From Antedon mediterranea (Eukaryota; Animalia; Echinodermata): a stretch of DNA of 64,000 nucleotides. Position numbers and translations under genes: made by a program. Shown piece after piece: positions 62,265-64,000 of this stretch (positions within the stretch are counted from its first letter, which is position 1; each line of letters opens with the position of its first letter). The stretch is from contig NC_092671.1 of NCBI RefSeq assembly GCF_964355755.1, positions 37,644,304-37,708,303 on the forward strand, written 5' to 3'. The notes under the pieces were generated by a model. The model had not been told where the DNA came from, did not search any database, and saw only the letters and a list, made by a program, of their open reading frames with translations.

Positions 62265-63867
62265 TTAATTTTCTGATAGGTAACCCATAAGTGCTTGTCG
62301 AATGTTTTCTCCCGATGCTTCATCGTGTTCTGCATTGGCTATGTTTTCTCCTCCATGATTTTCATTGACCTCGTTTAGTAAATCATCATCAATGGTTTCC
62401 CCGAACATTTCACAAAAATTGTGAAGAACACAACAGGCTGCAATCTGTGTTGACAGGAAATTGGTGTTTGTATCATTACGCTTTAATAAACACCTCCACC
62501 TTCCTTTCAGCCGTCCAAATGCACCTTCAATGGTTATTCTGGCCTTGCTTAGACGATAATTGAAATTACGCTGGTCACGTGTTAGGCGACCAGTGTCTGA
62601 GAAACCCTTTAGAAGCCAAGGCAGCAGAGGGTATGCTGGGTCACCGATTAACATTACAGGCATCTGCTCACCACCAATATCTTTAGTCCACTGTTGATTG
62701 AAATTGATAAGGAAATTATTTTTTATGCTTTTGATTATTAATGAAACTAATCATTAAATATATCTGTCATAATTGGTTGATTATATACTTACATTTGGAA
62801 ACAAATTGCCTTCATCACCCTTTTGAAAAATAGGAGAATTTGAAAACACTCTAGCATCGTGAACTCTACCCGGCCAACCTATGTAAATGTCCGTAAATCT
62901 ACAGTAAGATATAAAAAAAAAAATATTTTATTCATGAATACACTTAAAATATACACATTTTATATTGTTATCAAAACTAGGCTCAGCTGTAAATGAAATT
63001 TAAAGTGGCCTGCCTGGTTCATGTTTATGTGCACTTTATATGAAAACTATTAATGTGTTTTACTCACCGATATAGATGATCACAAACTGCTTGCATAATT
63101 ATAGTATGGAACCCCTTTCTGTTGAAATAATCTGTTGGGTATTCCTTTGGAGCTATGATTGGAATGTGTGTGCCATCGATGGCACCGCCACATTGAGGGA
63201 ACCCATGTATTTCCTCAAAACCATCAACGACTTCACGGAGAGCCTGCCCAGATGGAAACTTAATATATGTTGGCATCATCACATCATGTATTGCTTGGCA
63301 AGTTTCTTTGACCACAACACAAGCAGTAGCTGGAGAAACTCCGAACAAATGACCAATAGTGCGAAACTCGCAGTTGGTAGCCAAACGCCACAATGTTATT
63401 GCAACTTTTAACGGAACACTTAAAGACTTCCGGAAAGTGGAATCTGGTTTGTACAGTTCATTGTGCAGTTGTGCACAAAGATAAATAAAAGATTCTTTGC
63501 TCATCCTGAAATTTCTTCGCCAATCATCTTTTGTAAAACTATCTTGAACAATCGATTGCCAAAAAACTCCTACCATCCTTTTTTTAATCCAAATGGATCG
63601 ATCAACCATAAGACCATGGCTTACCCCCACTAAAACTAACTGAATCCAACGGTGTCGCCTTCTCCCAAGGGCCAATTTACGTCGCTCCTGCATAGCTCTA
63701 CGGAATTCCTGCCTACTTCTTCTCACTCGACGCCGGGCTTCATCTACAAGGCCTAGGCCTATGGGCCTAGTTTCTTCCTTGAAATTAAATTGGTGGAGAT
63801 CAAGCGCCCTACTATTCTTCATAAAACGAGACGCAAACATTAGTAGTAAAGCAATCACACAATCCAT
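62265..63867 (-). CDS. Harbinger/HARBI1-like DDE transposase, 3 exons, 443 aa
   Basis: Exons 63867-63068, 62898-62793, 62690-62265 in phase; [54 protein letters not shown]. Confidence 0.93.
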
Positions 63868-64000
63868 ATTAAATACCGTAATATTTTTTTATATATATTT
63901 TTTACTATCGACAACGCTACAATAATATTAACTTTTGAGACGGTTGGTGGCGCACATGAGCGGATATGACGTGAATGTAGCGAAATCGTACCATATCGAG

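Larger units (their letters stand above)
59723..64000. mobile_element. PIF/Harbinger DNA transposon, two-gene, right end beyond window
   Basis: TAA|GACCCCATTTACACT left terminus, GC-rich subterminal palindromes, convergent Myb/SANT and DDE transposase genes. Confidence 0.88.

Noticed and set aside
62265-63867. Domesticated host HARBI1 gene
   Set aside because: Adjacent Myb partner, TIR and TAA target indicate a transposon

Overview
AT-rich animal (probably marine invertebrate) nuclear DNA, not prokaryotic. (1) A + strand, 17-exon type II membrane dipeptidyl-peptidase gene (family S9B) spans 3586-26338; its first coding exon was not identified. It has a DPP6/DPP10-like N-terminus and an intact Ser-Asp-His triad, but lacks the DPP4 oxyanion tyrosine. 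(2) 29.6-59.6 kb carries several short ATG-initiated phase-0 candidate exons that may be alternative first exons of a downstream gene. (3) An apparently intact two-gene PIF/Harbinger transposon (Myb/SANT protein on +, DDE transposase on -) starts at 59723 and runs off the window end. (4) A 6.5 kb stack of Helentron/HINE-like elements (four ~1.5 kb bodies followed by seven stacked hairpin termini) lies at 51.1-57.6 kb. (5) There is a dense small-element load: ~21 copies of one Tourist-like MITE, other TAA- and TTAA-target MITEs, tRNA-derived SINEs, LINE tails, minisatellites, and a minimal hammerhead-ribozyme motif in a DPP intron. All coordinates were read by eye; repeat boundaries are approximate.
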